From positions 4,588,001-4,652,000 of the forward strand of contig JBHGNT010000006.1 in the NCBI GenBank assembly GCA_043228905.1: 64,000 bases of DNA, in the 5' to 3' direction. Both the position numbers and the translations under genes were made by a program. The notes beneath the pieces are model-generated. The model saw only the letters and a program-made list of their open reading frames with translations, was not told the DNA's origin and did not search any database. Shown here one piece after another: positions 12,067 to 24,600 of the stretch; positions within the stretch are counted from its first letter, which is position 1; each line of letters starts with the position of its first letter. The DNA comes from Azolla caroliniana (taxonomy: Eukaryota; Plantae; Polypodiophyta).

Positions 12067-12689
12067 ACCTTTTTTACACTTTTGTGACATCAATTCTATT
12101 ATGGAGTGTTTGATATATCAAGTCACAACATTTGTAAGTCCATTATAGAGAGTTTGAATTTTTTTTTCCTCAGGGTGTTTCGCTATAGAATATACATTTT
12201 GTTACTTCTTGAAACCCCTATAAGGTCATATGCGTATAGAGAATTTGGGGGGTACCTGCTTAAGATTGAACGATGCATCTCACGTAGATTTGTATGGTAA
12301 GTAGGTAAAAATGCTCAAAAGACACATTGATGCAAAATACATATTGAGTTTTGGGATGGATGCCAAGTTCTAACCATTTTGAGATACTTGGCATCCATCC
12401 CATAACTCCATATGTATTTTGCATCAATGTGTCTTTTGAGCATTTTTACCTACTTACCATACAATTATATATGTGAGATGCATCTTTCAATCTTAAGCAC
12501 GTCCCCCCCAAATTCTCTATACGCACATGACCTTATCGGGGTTTCCAGAAGTAACAAAAGGTATATTCTATAACGAAACATCTTGAGTAACAAAAAAATT
12601 CAAACTCTCTTTAATGGACTTACAAATTTTGTGATTGATACATCAAACACTCCATAATAGAATTGGTGGCACAAAAGTGTAAAAAAGGT
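12067..12689. repeat. Long inverted repeat (foldback / MITE-like), ~300-bp arms and ~17-nt loop
   Basis: 12067-12368 is the reverse complement of 12386-12689 (ACCTTTTTTACACTTTTGTG...GGATGGATGCCAAGT / ACTTGGCATCCATCC...CACAAAAGTGTAAAAAAGGT). Confidence 0.92.
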
Positions 12690-12696
12690 GTGTGTG

Positions 12697-12712
<16 letters not shown>

Positions 12713-12778
<66 letters not shown>
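12713..12778. repeat. (GA)n microsatellite at the 5' junction of L1 copy 1
   Basis: Directly visible. Confidence 0.95.
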
Positions 12779-12780
<2 letters not shown>

Positions 12781-13478
12781 ACTCATCAAGAATTGATTAT
12801 GGTGCAATTAGATTTGGAGAAAGCTTATGATCATGTTAATTGGTCTTTTGTTTCTGGGTTAATGTATACAATGGGCTTTGGACCGCGTATGTCTCGCCTC
12901 ATATTTTTATTAGGACAAGATGCAGTGTCTCGAGTAATGCTTAATGGGGGAGTTACATCAGATATTGCCCTCACAAGATCTGTTCGTCAAGGATGCCCTC
13001 TTAGCCCATTGTTGTTTGCTATTGTTACTCATCCTTTGTTAGTGATGCTATCAAGACTTGCAATAAATGGTGACATTGTGGGTTTACACCTTCCGTCCGG
13101 AGGGCAAATAGTAGCACAAGCTTTGGCGGATGATTCTTTCATGTTTTTACAAGCCTCACGGGAGAATCTTGAGAAGGGGATGCTTGTATGGAATCAGTTT
13201 GCATTGGCTTCCGGATTACATATTAATTGGAGGAAGTCTAGTCTCATATCATGCATTGAAAGGGATTTGGAATGTTTAGGATGGCAAGGATCCGTCGTGA
13301 AGAAAGGCTCTATTTTTCGACACTTGGGCTATCCATTAGGAATGAATGTTACAAATGGTCAATTGATTGAATGGATGTCTAGTAAGTTGAGGGATAAGTT
13401 CATGTATTGGAAGTCACAATCTTGGCCATTTCATGTTCGCTTGAAGGTTGTACAATGTATTATGGAACCCATGATATT
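12779..13478 (+). mobile_element. L1-type LINE copy 1, 5' part (5'-truncated ORF2, RT domain)
   Basis: QLDLEKAYDHVNW, SVRQGCPLSPLLF, LADD, FRHLGYPL motifs; the frame resumes after the Copia insertion is removed. Confidence 0.9.
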
Positions 13479-13908
13479 TGTTGAGTGGCAAGCTCAACCG
13501 GAGCCGGATCGGCTGAATAAGCCGGAGCCGGTGAGCGAGATGGATCGGGCGAATTGGATCGGTATGACGGTGAGCAACCGAACCGGCAAGCAGTGGAGGC
13601 CGGGTGCAATCCGTAACCGGCAGTCCAATCGGAAGCCTAGTACAGGATAGACTACTAGGCAGCTATAGTCTCGTAGTAAGTGTCAGATGCTCGTGTGAGC
13701 ATTGAAGTACATGGTACTTCTGTCAGTCCCAAGAGGACTTGTATAAATAGTGCTACTAAGCACAATGTATAAATTAGTCTTGATATAATTTTGAAACGGT
13801 GTTCGGCTCTCTCTGTCTCTCTCGCTCTCTCTGTCTCTCTCGCTCTCTCTTGCTCTCTCTGTGTGTGTTGTTCTCTGTTTTACGCTTCCGCAAACACTTA
13901 CGTTTACA
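13479..13908 (+). repeat. 5' LTR of Copia
   Basis: Direct repeat of 19039-19443, followed by the PBS. Confidence 0.95.
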
Positions 13909-14002
13909 TGGTATCAGAGCGCGAGGGTTGAGAACCTCTGCTGCAGACATTTACTCTTGAGAAGAAAACCCTAACAGGTCGAAAACAGACACAGTAGAAG
14001 AC

Positions 14003-14923
14003 ATGGATAGAGGCATGGCTACGTCGCTCCCGGTGGAGAAGCTCGACAGGAGCAACTACGCATCCTGGTCTTACAAGATGCACCAGTACCTGCTTGGACA
14101 CGAGTACTGGAATTATGTCGAAGGAGCGAATGATGCGGCGCTAGACTCGGCACACAAGGACTTCCCGGTATGGGAACATGCGGCAAGCAGGGTGATGTAC
14201 TGCTTCGCGTCCAGTGTCGGCGATCAGCTGCTTAGCCACATCCGTGACGCCAAGAAACCGAAGGATGCTTGGGGGAACCTGAAAAAGGTTTTCGCTGCAA
14301 GCACCACTGCTTGGAAGCTGCAACTCAGACAAGAGTTGAGCAATGTTCGACAGAAGAACATGTCCGTGGCAGACTACACGGGCCGGATAAAGGAGATCTG
14401 CGACTCGCTCGCCTCTATCAATGTTACCGTAGAGGAAGACGAGATGATGCAGGTATGTCTCGGAGGCCTGGCGTCCAAGTTCGGAGCGTTCCGGACTGCG
14501 GTGTGTACAAGGGAGAATACCCCCTCATTCTTCGACTTACAGTCGATGCTCCTTGTAGAGGAGAACCACGCCGGTGCATCTACCAGTGCAGCCCCGGACA
14601 ACCGAATGCTGTACATGGGAACGGATCGGTTCTGTGGGCGTGGTGGAAGAGGAGGGTCGGCACGCAATGGAGGCGGCCGGCAAGAGCAGGAACGGAGGCA
14701 CTATGAGTGTGCCGACAGCAGTTTCGGGACTTCCACAAGCAGGTGGGGTCAAGGCGATGCCGGAGGCCGGCAAGACAAATCCGCTACGGAATGCTGGTAC
14801 TGTGGTAAAAAAGGCCACAGGGAAAGCGAGTGCTGGAGAAAGCGTACCGATTCGGACAAATCCGGATCCGACAAGACCGGTAAGGATGGCCGGCAAAACT
14901 CGCACTACGCAAACGGATCATGA
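14003..14923 (+). CDS. gag: Copia Gag (C-terminal zinc knuckle CWYCGKKGHRESEC)
   Basis: KLDRSNYASWSYKM start, UBN2-like region, CX2CX4HX4C; the stop is probably a decayed codon of a gag-pol ORF. Confidence 0.85.
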   Translation: MDRGMATSLPVEKLDRSNYASWSYKMHQYLLGHEYWNYVEGANDAALDSAHKDFPVWEHAASRVMYCFASSVGDQLLSHIRDAKKPKDAWGNLKKVFAASTTAWKLQLRQELSNVRQKNMSVADYTGRIKEICDSLASINVTVEEDEMMQVCLGGLASKFGAFRTAVCTRENTPSFFDLQSMLLVEENHAGASTSAAPDNRMLYMGTDRFCGRGGRGGSARNGGGRQEQERRHYECADSSFGTSTSRWGQGDAGGRQDKSATECWYCGKKGHRESECWRKRTDSDKSGSDKTGKDGRQNSHYANGS

Positions 14924-17900
14924 GGATCCGGAACCGGAAAGGCCGGTAAGGGGCCAGCCTTGGTGATGAATCACAAGGCAAACTCAATGAAGAAGACCAC
15001 TTCCAAAACGGAGGAAGTGTGGTATGTTGATTCTGGCGCGTCGAACCACATGGCGAGCCACAAAGAGTGGTTCTCCTTTCTGGAGAAACCGGATCAACCA
15101 GGAGTAGTCGAATCCGGAGACGACACTCCTCACCCAATCGTGCACGTCGGAGAAGTCCCTCTAAGCATGTCGGACAGAAAGGGAAGCTGATGAACGTATT
15201 ACATGTTCCGACAATCACGAAGAACCTGGTGTTCGTCGGTCAGATTGTCGACTAGGGGATGCGGGTGCGGTTTACGCACCTCGGGTGCTTCATTGAGGAT
15301 GAGGGCGAAGTCATTGCGCAAGGGTGCAGAGACGGGAGGATGTTTATCCTCGACACCAATGACGTTGGCACCGCTCTGTTCGCAAAACGACAGAAGGTCG
15401 AGTAGGACATCGACCTGTGGCACAAGCGGATAGGCCACGTCAACTACCGGAGGCTTCAAGATCTGCAAACGAAACAAGTCGTTTTCGGTTTGCCGAAGTT
15501 CAGTGGCCGTAGAGCCGAAATTTGTGAAGCCTACCAACTTGGGAAGCAACACCGGCTTCCATTCCCCACCGAACGGAACCGGAGCCGTAACAAGGTCGAT
15601 CTCATCCATTCGGATGTGTGGGGACCGACACAAAGTGTAAGCCTTGGCGGGAGCCGATACTTCGTCTCCTTCATCAACGACTATACTCGGCATACTTGGA
15701 TCTACCTCATTGAGCGGAAGAGCGAAGTCTTCGACTGTTTCCGGAGCCTCCAGAAGATGGTGGAACGGGAATCGAAGAGGAAGATCAAATGCCTTCGGTC
15801 GGATGGCGGAAAGGAATATTTTTCCGGCCAATTCACTAGTTATCTGCAACAAAAGGGAATTCGACGAGAGTTCAGCTGCAGATACACACCGGAGCAAAAC
15901 GGTGTGGCCGAAAGGAAGAACCGAACACTCGTCGAAGCGGCAAGGACAATGCTGGAGGAGAAGAGCATGCCCCGGTTCTACTGGGCGGAGGCGGTCCAGA
16001 CGGCGGTCTACATACAAAACCGCATTGGTGACAAGGTGTCAGCTCATGAGCTATATTTCGGGCGCAAGCCGAACTTAAGACACCTTCGGATATTCAGCAA
16101 CATAGTGTACGTGCATGTGCCGGATCAGAAGCGGAGAAAGCTGTATGCAAAATCGGAAAAATGCATCCTAGTCGGCTATGATCAAGAGCAAAAGGGGTAT
16201 AAGTGCTATAACCCCCGGACGAAGGAAGTCCGAGTTAGCCGGGATGTCGAGTTCGACGAATTGGGATCCTGGTACTCCGTACCGACTCCGACTTCTGATC
16301 CCGACCCAATACCGGAAGATCAGGCCAGTGAGCCTGAATCAGCCCTGGCAGAGGATGATGAAGCCGGGACTCAAGATGAGAGTCCGGAATCGTTTCGGTT
16401 GAGTGGACCGAACGAGCGACTGAGTCGATTGGACTAGTCGGATGAAGAGACGGCAAGTGGTGGAGACTCTACCGTGCTCTCCCCGCGCAAGGAACCAAGG
16501 AAACGGTTCACGCGCAAAGAGAAGGGGAAGAGGAAGATGCCGGAATTCGAAACCGGCAACGATGAGTCGGATCGGTGCGTATCCGACTCCGGAAAGGAGA
16601 AAGGCAGATCTTTGGTAACGAAGACCGAACTGGCCAAGAAGGGCCTCAAATCAGGTGACGGTGCGTTGCGCCGATCAACCCGTCAAAAGGATCCCGTCGT
16701 GCGGTACGGGTACAATGAATACATGGCGCATCATTATGCGTACATGACTAAGGTGACAAAAGTGCGTGAGCTAGAGAGCTACGCAGAAGCGGCAAGGGAC
16801 GCAAATTGGCGTGCCGCTATGGACGAAGAAATGAGGGCACTCGATGCCAACGAAACTTAGGACCTAGTTGATCCTCCCCGTCATTGTAAACCGATCGGAT
16901 GCAAGTGGGTTTACAGGGTCAAGTACAACGCCGACGGTTCTGTTAACCGGTACAAAGCCCGGTTAGTGGAGAAGGGATACGCGCAGACCCACGGAATCGA
17001 ATACGACGAGACCTTCGCTCCTGTGGCGAAGATGACGACGGTTCGTGTGGTACTGGCTGTTGTTGCGGCAAGGGGGTGGCATCTTCACCAGATGGATGTG
17101 AAGAACGCCTTCCTTCAAGGAGAGCTTGAAGAAGAAGTCTTTATGACTCAGCCCCCCTGATTTCACTCGGAGATGAACAAGTCGGCGGTATGCCGACTGA
17201 AGAAGTCGCTTTACGGCTTGAAGCAAGCCCCCCGAGCCTGGAACGCGAAGATCACGCACTGGTTGCGTAAGCTGGGGTTTGCTGTCTCTAAGTCCGACTC
17301 TTTGTTGTTCATCCGGCAAGGCTCTGACGGTCCGGTATGTATACTCTTGTATGTGTATGATTTAGTCATCACCGGACCAGGTCTTCCCGAAATCAACCGC
17401 GTCAAGTTCTAGTTGTCGGACGCATTCGAAATGAAGGACCTGGGGGACCTCCATTATTTTCTTGGGATCGAAGTGATCCGAACCCCCGACGACATATTGC
17501 TCTCACAACGACATTACGTGTTGAATATGCTGTATAAGTTTGGCATGACGTATTGCCGACCTGTCTCCACACCCCCGGATCGGAACCAGAAGCTCCGTCC
17601 CAACTCAGGACCGGCCTGCAATGAGAAACGGTTCCGACAGGTTGTCGGAAGCCTGATCTACTTAACCATCACCCGACCCGAAATCAGCTATCTGGTTGGG
17701 ATGGTAAGTCAGTTCATGCAGAAGCCGACCGTGGAGCACCTTCAGTGCGCGCAACGAATATTACGGTATGTCATCGGCACTAAGGATCGGGGACTGCTAT
17801 ACCGGCGAGGTATACCCGAAGAGCTTGTCGGTTACACAGATGCTGACTGGGCCGGCGATGCGTCTGATCGCCACTCCACTTCCGGATACATGTTTTCCAT

Positions 17901-18723
17901 AGGTAGCGCGGTCGTTGCGTGGAGCAGCAAGAAGCAGCCCATAGTGGCTTTGTCAAGCACTTAGGCTGAGTATCGGGCAGCTACCGTTGCCACTTGTGAA
18001 GCCATCTGGCTTCAGCGACTGGTGCAAGACTTGCGGATCGAGGTGCCGACCCCGATCCCGATTTACTGCGATAACATGAGCAGCCTGCAGCTTGCTAGGA
18101 ACCCTGTGTTCCATGCTCGCACAAAGCACATCGAGGTGCACTACCACTTTGTGTGTGAGCGAGTCCTGAGCGGTGAAGTTGACCTACGGTATGTTCATAC
18201 GGATCGGCAAGTTGCCGACATCTTCACCAAGCCGCTCGGATCGGACAAGTTGCAACACTTTACCGACATGCTTGGTATTCAGCATCTCGACGTGCCGCAC
18301 TTGAGGGGGAGAAGCAAGGGCAAAGTCCCTATCGAAACAGGTAAAGGCAAAAAAACTGTTGAACCCGTCGGTAAGAGGAGAGCCGGAAGAAGAGGAGACA
18401 AGAAGATGAAGGAAGCCGAGTCGACGAAGGAAGTCGACACATCCGAACAGGTCGGAGCAAGCAGTTGTGAAGAAGAGTTGTGCACTCAGGAAGAGAAGTG
18501 CATGCTGTGCGGAGGTCATCATGACGGTACTGACCATGATGCGGAGTCGAATGGAGAATTCGATTTCGGTTCACCGACTAAAGAAGCCGAGGGAAGCATG
18601 GAGAAGGCCAAGACTCGGAAGTGGTCCGATGTGGTGAGAGGCCTGAAGCCGGAAGTCGAATCGGAGTGTACCGATTCGGACAAGAGCTGGAACGAGTCGG
18701 AGACAGCTGACTCGGATCAATAG
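14924..18723 (+). pseudogene. pol: Copia pol (protease, integrase, RT, RNase H) with frameshifts and several stops
   Basis: WYVDSGASNHM; LIHSDVWGP, LRSDGGKEY, TPEQNGVAERKNR; [23 protein letters not shown]; YTDADWAG, IYCDNMS, RTKHIEVHYHF, ADIFTKPL. Confidence 0.92.
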
Positions 18724-19038
18724 ATGGACCCGGATGAGTCGGATCGACTGAAGGCCAAGGGGACACAGACACAGCGGAAGTCGATGCCATCGTGGGAAAA
18801 CCAACGGATCGGCAAGCGCCGGAGTCACAACAACGTGACTGCTGAGATGGGCCTATTGAGCAGACATGCTGACCGAGAGGGTCGAGGCGCGCAGAACCAA
18901 AGGGGTCGCGGCAAACGGGACCGGACCGGACGAGGAGCGCGAGCAAGGCGGAGTGACGCCAGGAGAAGTCGGTTGAAAGAACCGACTGCCACAGAGGTCG
19001 ACACTACGACCCCACCTCAGGTTGAGCTTGAGGGGGAG

Positions 19039-19443
19039 TGTTGAGCGGCAAGCTCAACTGGAGCCGGATCGGCTGAATAAGCCGGAGCCAGTAAGTGAGA
19101 CGGATCGGGCGAAACGGATCGGTATGACGGTGAGCAACCGAACCGGCAAGCAGTGTGAGGCCGGGTGCAATCCGTAACCGGCAGTCCAATCGGAAGCCTA
19201 GAATAGGATAGACTACTAGGTATCTATAGTCTCGTAGTAAGTGTCAGATGCTCGTGTGAGCATTGAAGTACATGGTACTTCTGTCAGTCCCAAGAGGACT
19301 TGTATAAATAGTGCTACTTAGCACAGTGTGTATAAGGAGAGTCTTCATATAATTTTGGAAATTACGTTCTGCTCTTGCTCTCTCTTGCTCTCTCTGTGTG
19401 TGTTGTTCTCTGTTTTACGCTTCCGCAAACACTTACGTTTACA
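19039..19443 (+). repeat. 3' LTR of Copia
   Basis: Follows the PPT; direct repeat of 13479-13908 with shorter CT repeats. Confidence 0.95.
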
Positions 19444-19448
19444 ATATT

Positions 19449-20930
19449 ATATTACTTGCCATTATTGCCATGGACAAAGAAGGCGTTGAATTCTGTTTTG
19501 CAACCTCTTTGATATTTGTTGTGGAAGAAGAGGGATAAGATGGGAATCACATGGATTGCTTGGAATCATCTAGCAACCCCTAAGCGATTGGGGGGGGGGG
19601 GGGGGGGGGGGGGTGGAATATTTAACTTGTCTATGCATATGATGGCTCGTAGATTTTCATTATTACAAGACATGTGTTCAAACTCACAACCATGGATATC
19701 TATTGTTCGATATTTCATTGAGAACAAGGGTTTAACACATGGGAGGACAACGATTAAGGCTTCATGGTGGCAATTACTAAATGGATGTATTTCACTTAGG
19801 ATTCCGGGTTCTTCATGTGTTCAACACTTAGTTACCTCATGGCAAGAAGCACTCTTGTTATGTGTATGGAAACCATCATCTAGTAGAGAGCATTGTAACT
19901 CTTTGCAAAAAGAGTTACTTGTGTCTTCTCGGTTATTATGTTGGCTAGGAAATGAGAGATTGTGTTCTCAATTTAATCGTTTGTTTCGTTTGGGGGTCAA
20001 AGAGGTGGGAGATATAGTTGAGGTTCCATCTCAAAGAATTTTGGAGTTTACTGAAGCAGGACAATTATTATGCATCCCGCCTAATTATGGGTTTATTTGG
20101 CAACAACTACATAATATTGCATTGATGCAAGGTCCCTTACCTCTACAAACAGGAGAACAACCATGGATTGATTGGAGTTTAAGGGGTCAAACACCATTGT
20201 TACAAGTGACTACTAATCTTTTCTATCATTGTTCCGTTGAGTCTCTTGGATGGTTATCATCTAAGGTTGAAGAAGAATGGAAAATACACAAATATGATCA
20301 TGGGTGGTGGCAGATCTTACAACGTAGTTGGCATTCTAAATTGCCACTTGTTGCAAAGGTATTCATTTGGAGAGTTTTGATCGGAGGATTGCCTTTGGGA
20401 TTAGCTTTAAAGCGTCGTGGACTAGCAACAGGTACCTGCTTCTTTTGCATAGTTCAGATAGAAGATAGTACTCATCGATTTATACAATGTCGAATTGCTT
20501 GTCAAATTTGGAGTTACATTTCTCAAATTTGGCAAGTTTTATCACGGAGTTATTTGACACCTAGACAATGGGTGTTTGCACAATTTACACAGGCTGACCC
20601 AAAATCAGAGATGGAGATTGTTTTCCTATTTTTGAGATATTGGGGATTGTGTCATAATTGGAACATGCGCAACGCTTTTGTATTCGATGGTAGACATGGA
20701 GTGAAAGCATATCTACGAAAGTTGAAGGGAGTACTAATGTGGCAATTTTCTTTATTGGAACAATTGGAAATTCTTTCCTTGGTGGAGTGTTCGTCTTGCC
20801 TATTGGCAATTCAACATGTTCCACTACCCATGTAGTGTAGTGTGGTTAGTGTGTGACCATACTCCATTGTCACACGTATTGTAAGTAGTGTTTTTCACAC
20901 ACATTTATTAATATAATTGTGTGTTTTCAC

Positions 20931-20934
<4 letters not shown>
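19449..20934 (+). mobile_element. L1-type LINE copy 1, 3' part (ORF2 C-terminus with zf-RVT-like CCHC, plus 3' UTR)
   Basis: WIAWNHLATPKRLGG, KVFIWRVLIGGLPLG, CFFC...EDSTHRFIQC; ends TTTTCACCAAA directly into (GA)n. Confidence 0.9.

Positions 20935-20992
<58 letters not shown>
20935..20992. repeat. (GA)n microsatellite between the L1 3' end and the RTE-group 3' end
   Basis: Directly visible. Confidence 0.95.
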
Positions 20993-20994
<2 letters not shown>

Positions 20995-23530
20995 CTATTA
21001 TTATCTTCGGACTCAAATATGACCTATGAGACCAAAAATATTACATTTCACACGATATGTGTGAAAGTGAATAACAACTCTCGATGTTCAAGAACTTTAC
21101 CAATGAATGTTGCAATCGAGTGCACATTGTGGTTGTGAGAGGAATTCGTGCAAGGATTGGGCTTGGTTGAAGATATGTGGAAAACATGGTCGAATATGAT
21201 CAAAGGTAGAGCATTGTATCAAAGTGTCATACTTAGACTCTCAAACTTGTTTAGGGCAAAGTGTGCATAGTCGGCCACTCTCATCACTTGTGCCCCAACA
21301 CCCTCCCCTGTCTCACATCTCAATGCGTGCGATCTAAGTCGCATGGAAGCAATAGTTCGAATGGTAGATAACGGGATGGGCTCTAACATGTATCGATGTG
21401 TACGGTTTCCTCGTTCTGCGAAGAATATGGTTTTGTAGTTAGGTGCAACATGTATAGTATAATGTGTGAAGCGTGCTCCACATTTGTCCCATGTCATGAT
21501 ACATTGGCGTTGCAAAAAGTCCTCATTTACAAAGGAATCTAGTGATGCATCATGAAGCACGTGTCTTGCATCCCATCATCCAAACCATTTTTCCATAGCT
21601 TGCATCCAACCGGAACACAAAATTTTGCTTTAATGCATCTTTCAGATCTTTTTGCTTGCTTCCCATGCAATTCTAGCAAGTCGATGTGAGGAACGTTTTT
21701 GAACCTTAAGCATGTATTCACCAACCCTTTCCATGGCCATGATTTCAATGGGAAGCGCTCCTGTCTTAAGGAGGAAGAGGGTGTATGTTGTTTGTTTCTT
21801 AACTTTTAGAAATATTGTAAGAAAATGTTTTTGGATATTTTCAAACTCTTTCCACATAGATTTAGGGATGCCACTACCCCATACTTCCACCCCATAGAGA
21901 AGCATCGGTGTCACCAAAGTGTTGAAAAGATATTTCTCGAGGACCCAACACTTAATATCTCCATGATTGCATGTGTTCTCAAATGCATAGTATGCTCGCT
22001 TACTTGCCTCTAAGCGGTGTGTAGCACATTCATTCCATCTATGATTTGAAGGAGCTTCAAGGCCAAGATATTTGAAGCTTTCCACACATTGAAGTGGCTC
22101 ATTATTGTACATAATGCATAGTTTATCTCTTTTTTGACTCTTTACAAGCATAATCTTTGTTTTAGAGCTATTGACACTTAATTTAGTGTGCATGCTAAAT
22201 TTTTCAATGCCTTCATAAGCTTTTGTACATCTCCTAAAGTATTTGCAAAAAACACTACATTATCCGCATATTGCGAAAGCATAATGACAACATTCCTAAT
22301 GACAACTTTTTCAACACATTCTTCCTTTACAAACTTGGCAACCATTTCTTCCAATTCATCAATGCATAGACCAAATAGTGTTGGTGAGAGTGGGCGGCAT
22401 CCTTGCTCAACACCAATAATGCTATTGAAAAAATCTGAAAGACTATCTCTCATACACACACAACAAATAACCTTCTCATATATTCGGGAAATTGCAAGCA
22501 TATATTCACTTGGCACCTCGAGTTCTTCCATTCGCCTCCAAAGATGCTCACGAGGTACCATATCAAAAGCTTTCTTGAAGTCTACAAAGCAACAATATAA
22601 ACCTTTACCTCTAAGGCAACTTTCCTCCATTAATACTCGAAGGGTGACAAGGTAATCAACAATGCTATGGTGTAGCTTGTCCATAAGCTCTCTTACCATT
22701 TTTTTTCAACCCATGCACTTATCTTTGATTCCATTATACATCCAAATAGTTTTGCCATTAAAGAGCCAACCATGACAGTTCGATAGTTGTTTAGATTATT
22801 TACATCTCCACCTTTATGTAAAGGTTTGATCCAATTTGTAGTCCAATCATATGGCATACCGTGTTGCAATGCACCATTAAACATATCGCTTATCCATACA
22901 TGTGCTTCCTTTCCCGTCCATTTGAGCATTTAAGCTTTTATACATCGAAGATCGGTTGCCTTTCGAGAGACCAATTTCTTAAGTCCTATGCATATATCTT
23001 CAATTGTAAAGATGGGGGACATATGTGAGAGAGAACCATAACACATCATCTTTCCGGCAAGAGATGGCTCATATAAATTCTTACAATGCATAGACAAGTT
23101 GTGAAGAGTTAAGTCACCATAACTCTCAACATGTTTCCCCTTTAGATTTCCCCAAAATTTAGCACATGGATGTGCTTTCTGTTGCATTTGGAGAAATTGT
23201 TGCGTAACTTCCCATTTTCTTCTCTTTCTTTGAATAAGCCTTTTATACTCATGCAAATGCTTTTGGTAATTTTCTTTATCCTTAACTACAGCCAAAACCA
23301 TAAGGCACTTTCAAGCTTCACGACATTCTTTATCAAACCATTTTTTCTTTGAATTACATTTCTTGGTGCATTTCCAAGATATGCGGTTGGTCGAAAAACA
23401 TTTGTTTGTACATGAGAGAATGACTTTCTTAAAAGCTTCCCATTTGCATTCTAGTGTGGCACCATGTTGTATCGTCGTCATTTGTAACATATCCTCAACC
23501 ATCTTGGAATATATGGGCGATCACTTAAGG
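20993..23530 (-). mobile_element. RTE-group (RTE/RTEX-like) non-LTR retrotransposon, 5'-truncated and degenerate
   Basis: Minus-strand fragments IKPLHKGGD..NNYRT, CFVDFKKAFDMV, QGC.PLSPTLF, YADN, VNSSKTKIM, FKYLG, LLYGVEVWG, RLRSHALRCETG; clade assignment is from motif recall. Confidence 0.8.
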
Positions 23531-23569
23531 TGAGAGAGAAAGAGAGGGCATGTAGCTCAGTTGGTAAGG

Positions 23570-24400
23570 TCCTTTGGCAACAACTACAAAATATTTCATT
23601 GATGCAAGGTCCTTTACCTTTACAAACAAAAGAGAAACTGTGGAATGATTGGTGTTTACGAGGTCAAACGTCGTTTTTACAAGTGCCTACTGATATTTTG
23701 CATCATTGCTCTATTGAGTCTCTTAGATGGCTATCAATCTGGGAGGAATGGAAAATACACAACTCTAATCATGGATGGTGATAGTATTAAAACATAGTTG
23801 GCATTCTAAATTACCACTTGTAGCAAAGGTCTTCATTAAGAGAGTTTTGATTGGGGGATTGGCTTTGGGATTAGTTCTAAATTGTCGTTGACTAGCAATG
23901 GCCAATTGCTTCTTTTGCACTATTCAAATGGAAGATGGTATTCATTGTTTTATGCAGTGTCCAACTGCTTGTTCGATTTGGAGTTATACTTATCAAATTT
24001 GGCCAAATTTATCACGATGTTATTTGACGCATAGATAGCGGGTGTTTACAAAATTTACATGGGTTGACCCAAAATTAGAGATGGAGATTGTTTTCCTATT
24101 TCTAAGGTATTGGGGGTTGCGTCATAATTGGGATATGCACAATGCTTTTGCATTTGATGGTAGGCATAGAGTCAAAGCATACTCACGAAAGTTCAACGGA
24201 GTCAGAAGTGACAAATTTCTTTACTGGAGCAAGTGGAAATTCTTTCCTCAATGGAGTGTTCGTCTTGCCTATTGGCAATTCAACATGTTCCACTACCTAT
24301 GGAGTGTAGTTAGTGGGTGACCATACTCCATTGTGACACACATTGTAAGTAGTGTTTTTCATACAAATTTATTAATATAATTATGTGTTTTCACCAAAAA
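23570..24400 (+). mobile_element. L1-type LINE copy 2 (3' ~830 bp, same family as copy 1)
   Basis: Aligns with ~20095-20934; flanked by a ~29-bp TSD AGAGAGGGCATGTAG(C/T)TCA(G/C)TTGGTAAGG at 23541-23569 and 24406-24434. Confidence 0.88.
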
Positions 24401-24410
24401 GATAGAGAGA

Positions 24411-24600
24411 GGGCATGTAGTTCACTTGGTAAGGGTGCTCAATGGAGAGCAAGAGGTCATGGGATGAGTTACCGTTATGTCAATTAGTCTTAGTGCGCCT
24501 TAGTGGGTTTAACCCACCATTAGAATCCTTCTAGCCATAAGAGGATAAACACATGTTTTCTGTGGTTGTCGTATGTGTAACCGCTTTCACAAAGGAAAAA
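24411..24600 (+). mobile_element. Possible tRNA-derived SINE (degenerate)
   Basis: Head GGGCATGTAGCTCAGTTGGTAAG (A-box-like, clearer in the TSD copy), decayed B-box-like region ~24460-24473, A-rich end; part of the body recurs at ~24665-24750. Confidence 0.4.

Larger units (their letters stand above)
13479..19443 (+). mobile_element. Full-length, degenerate Ty1/Copia LTR retrotransposon inserted in the LINE
   Basis: TG...CA LTRs 13479-13908 and 19039-19443; TSD ATATT (13474-13478 / 19444-19448); PBS TGGTATCAGAGC (tRNA-iMet) 13909-13920; PPT GAGGGGGAG 19030-19038; domain order gag-PR-INT-RT-RH. Confidence 0.97.

Noticed and set aside
12688-13650. 320-aa ORF as a single gene
   Set aside because: Chimera of (GA)n, LINE RT and read-through into the Copia LTR
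19590-19613. Poly-G run giving poly-Gly in LINE ORF2
   Set aside because: Homopolymer expansion of the LGG motif or a sequencing artefact
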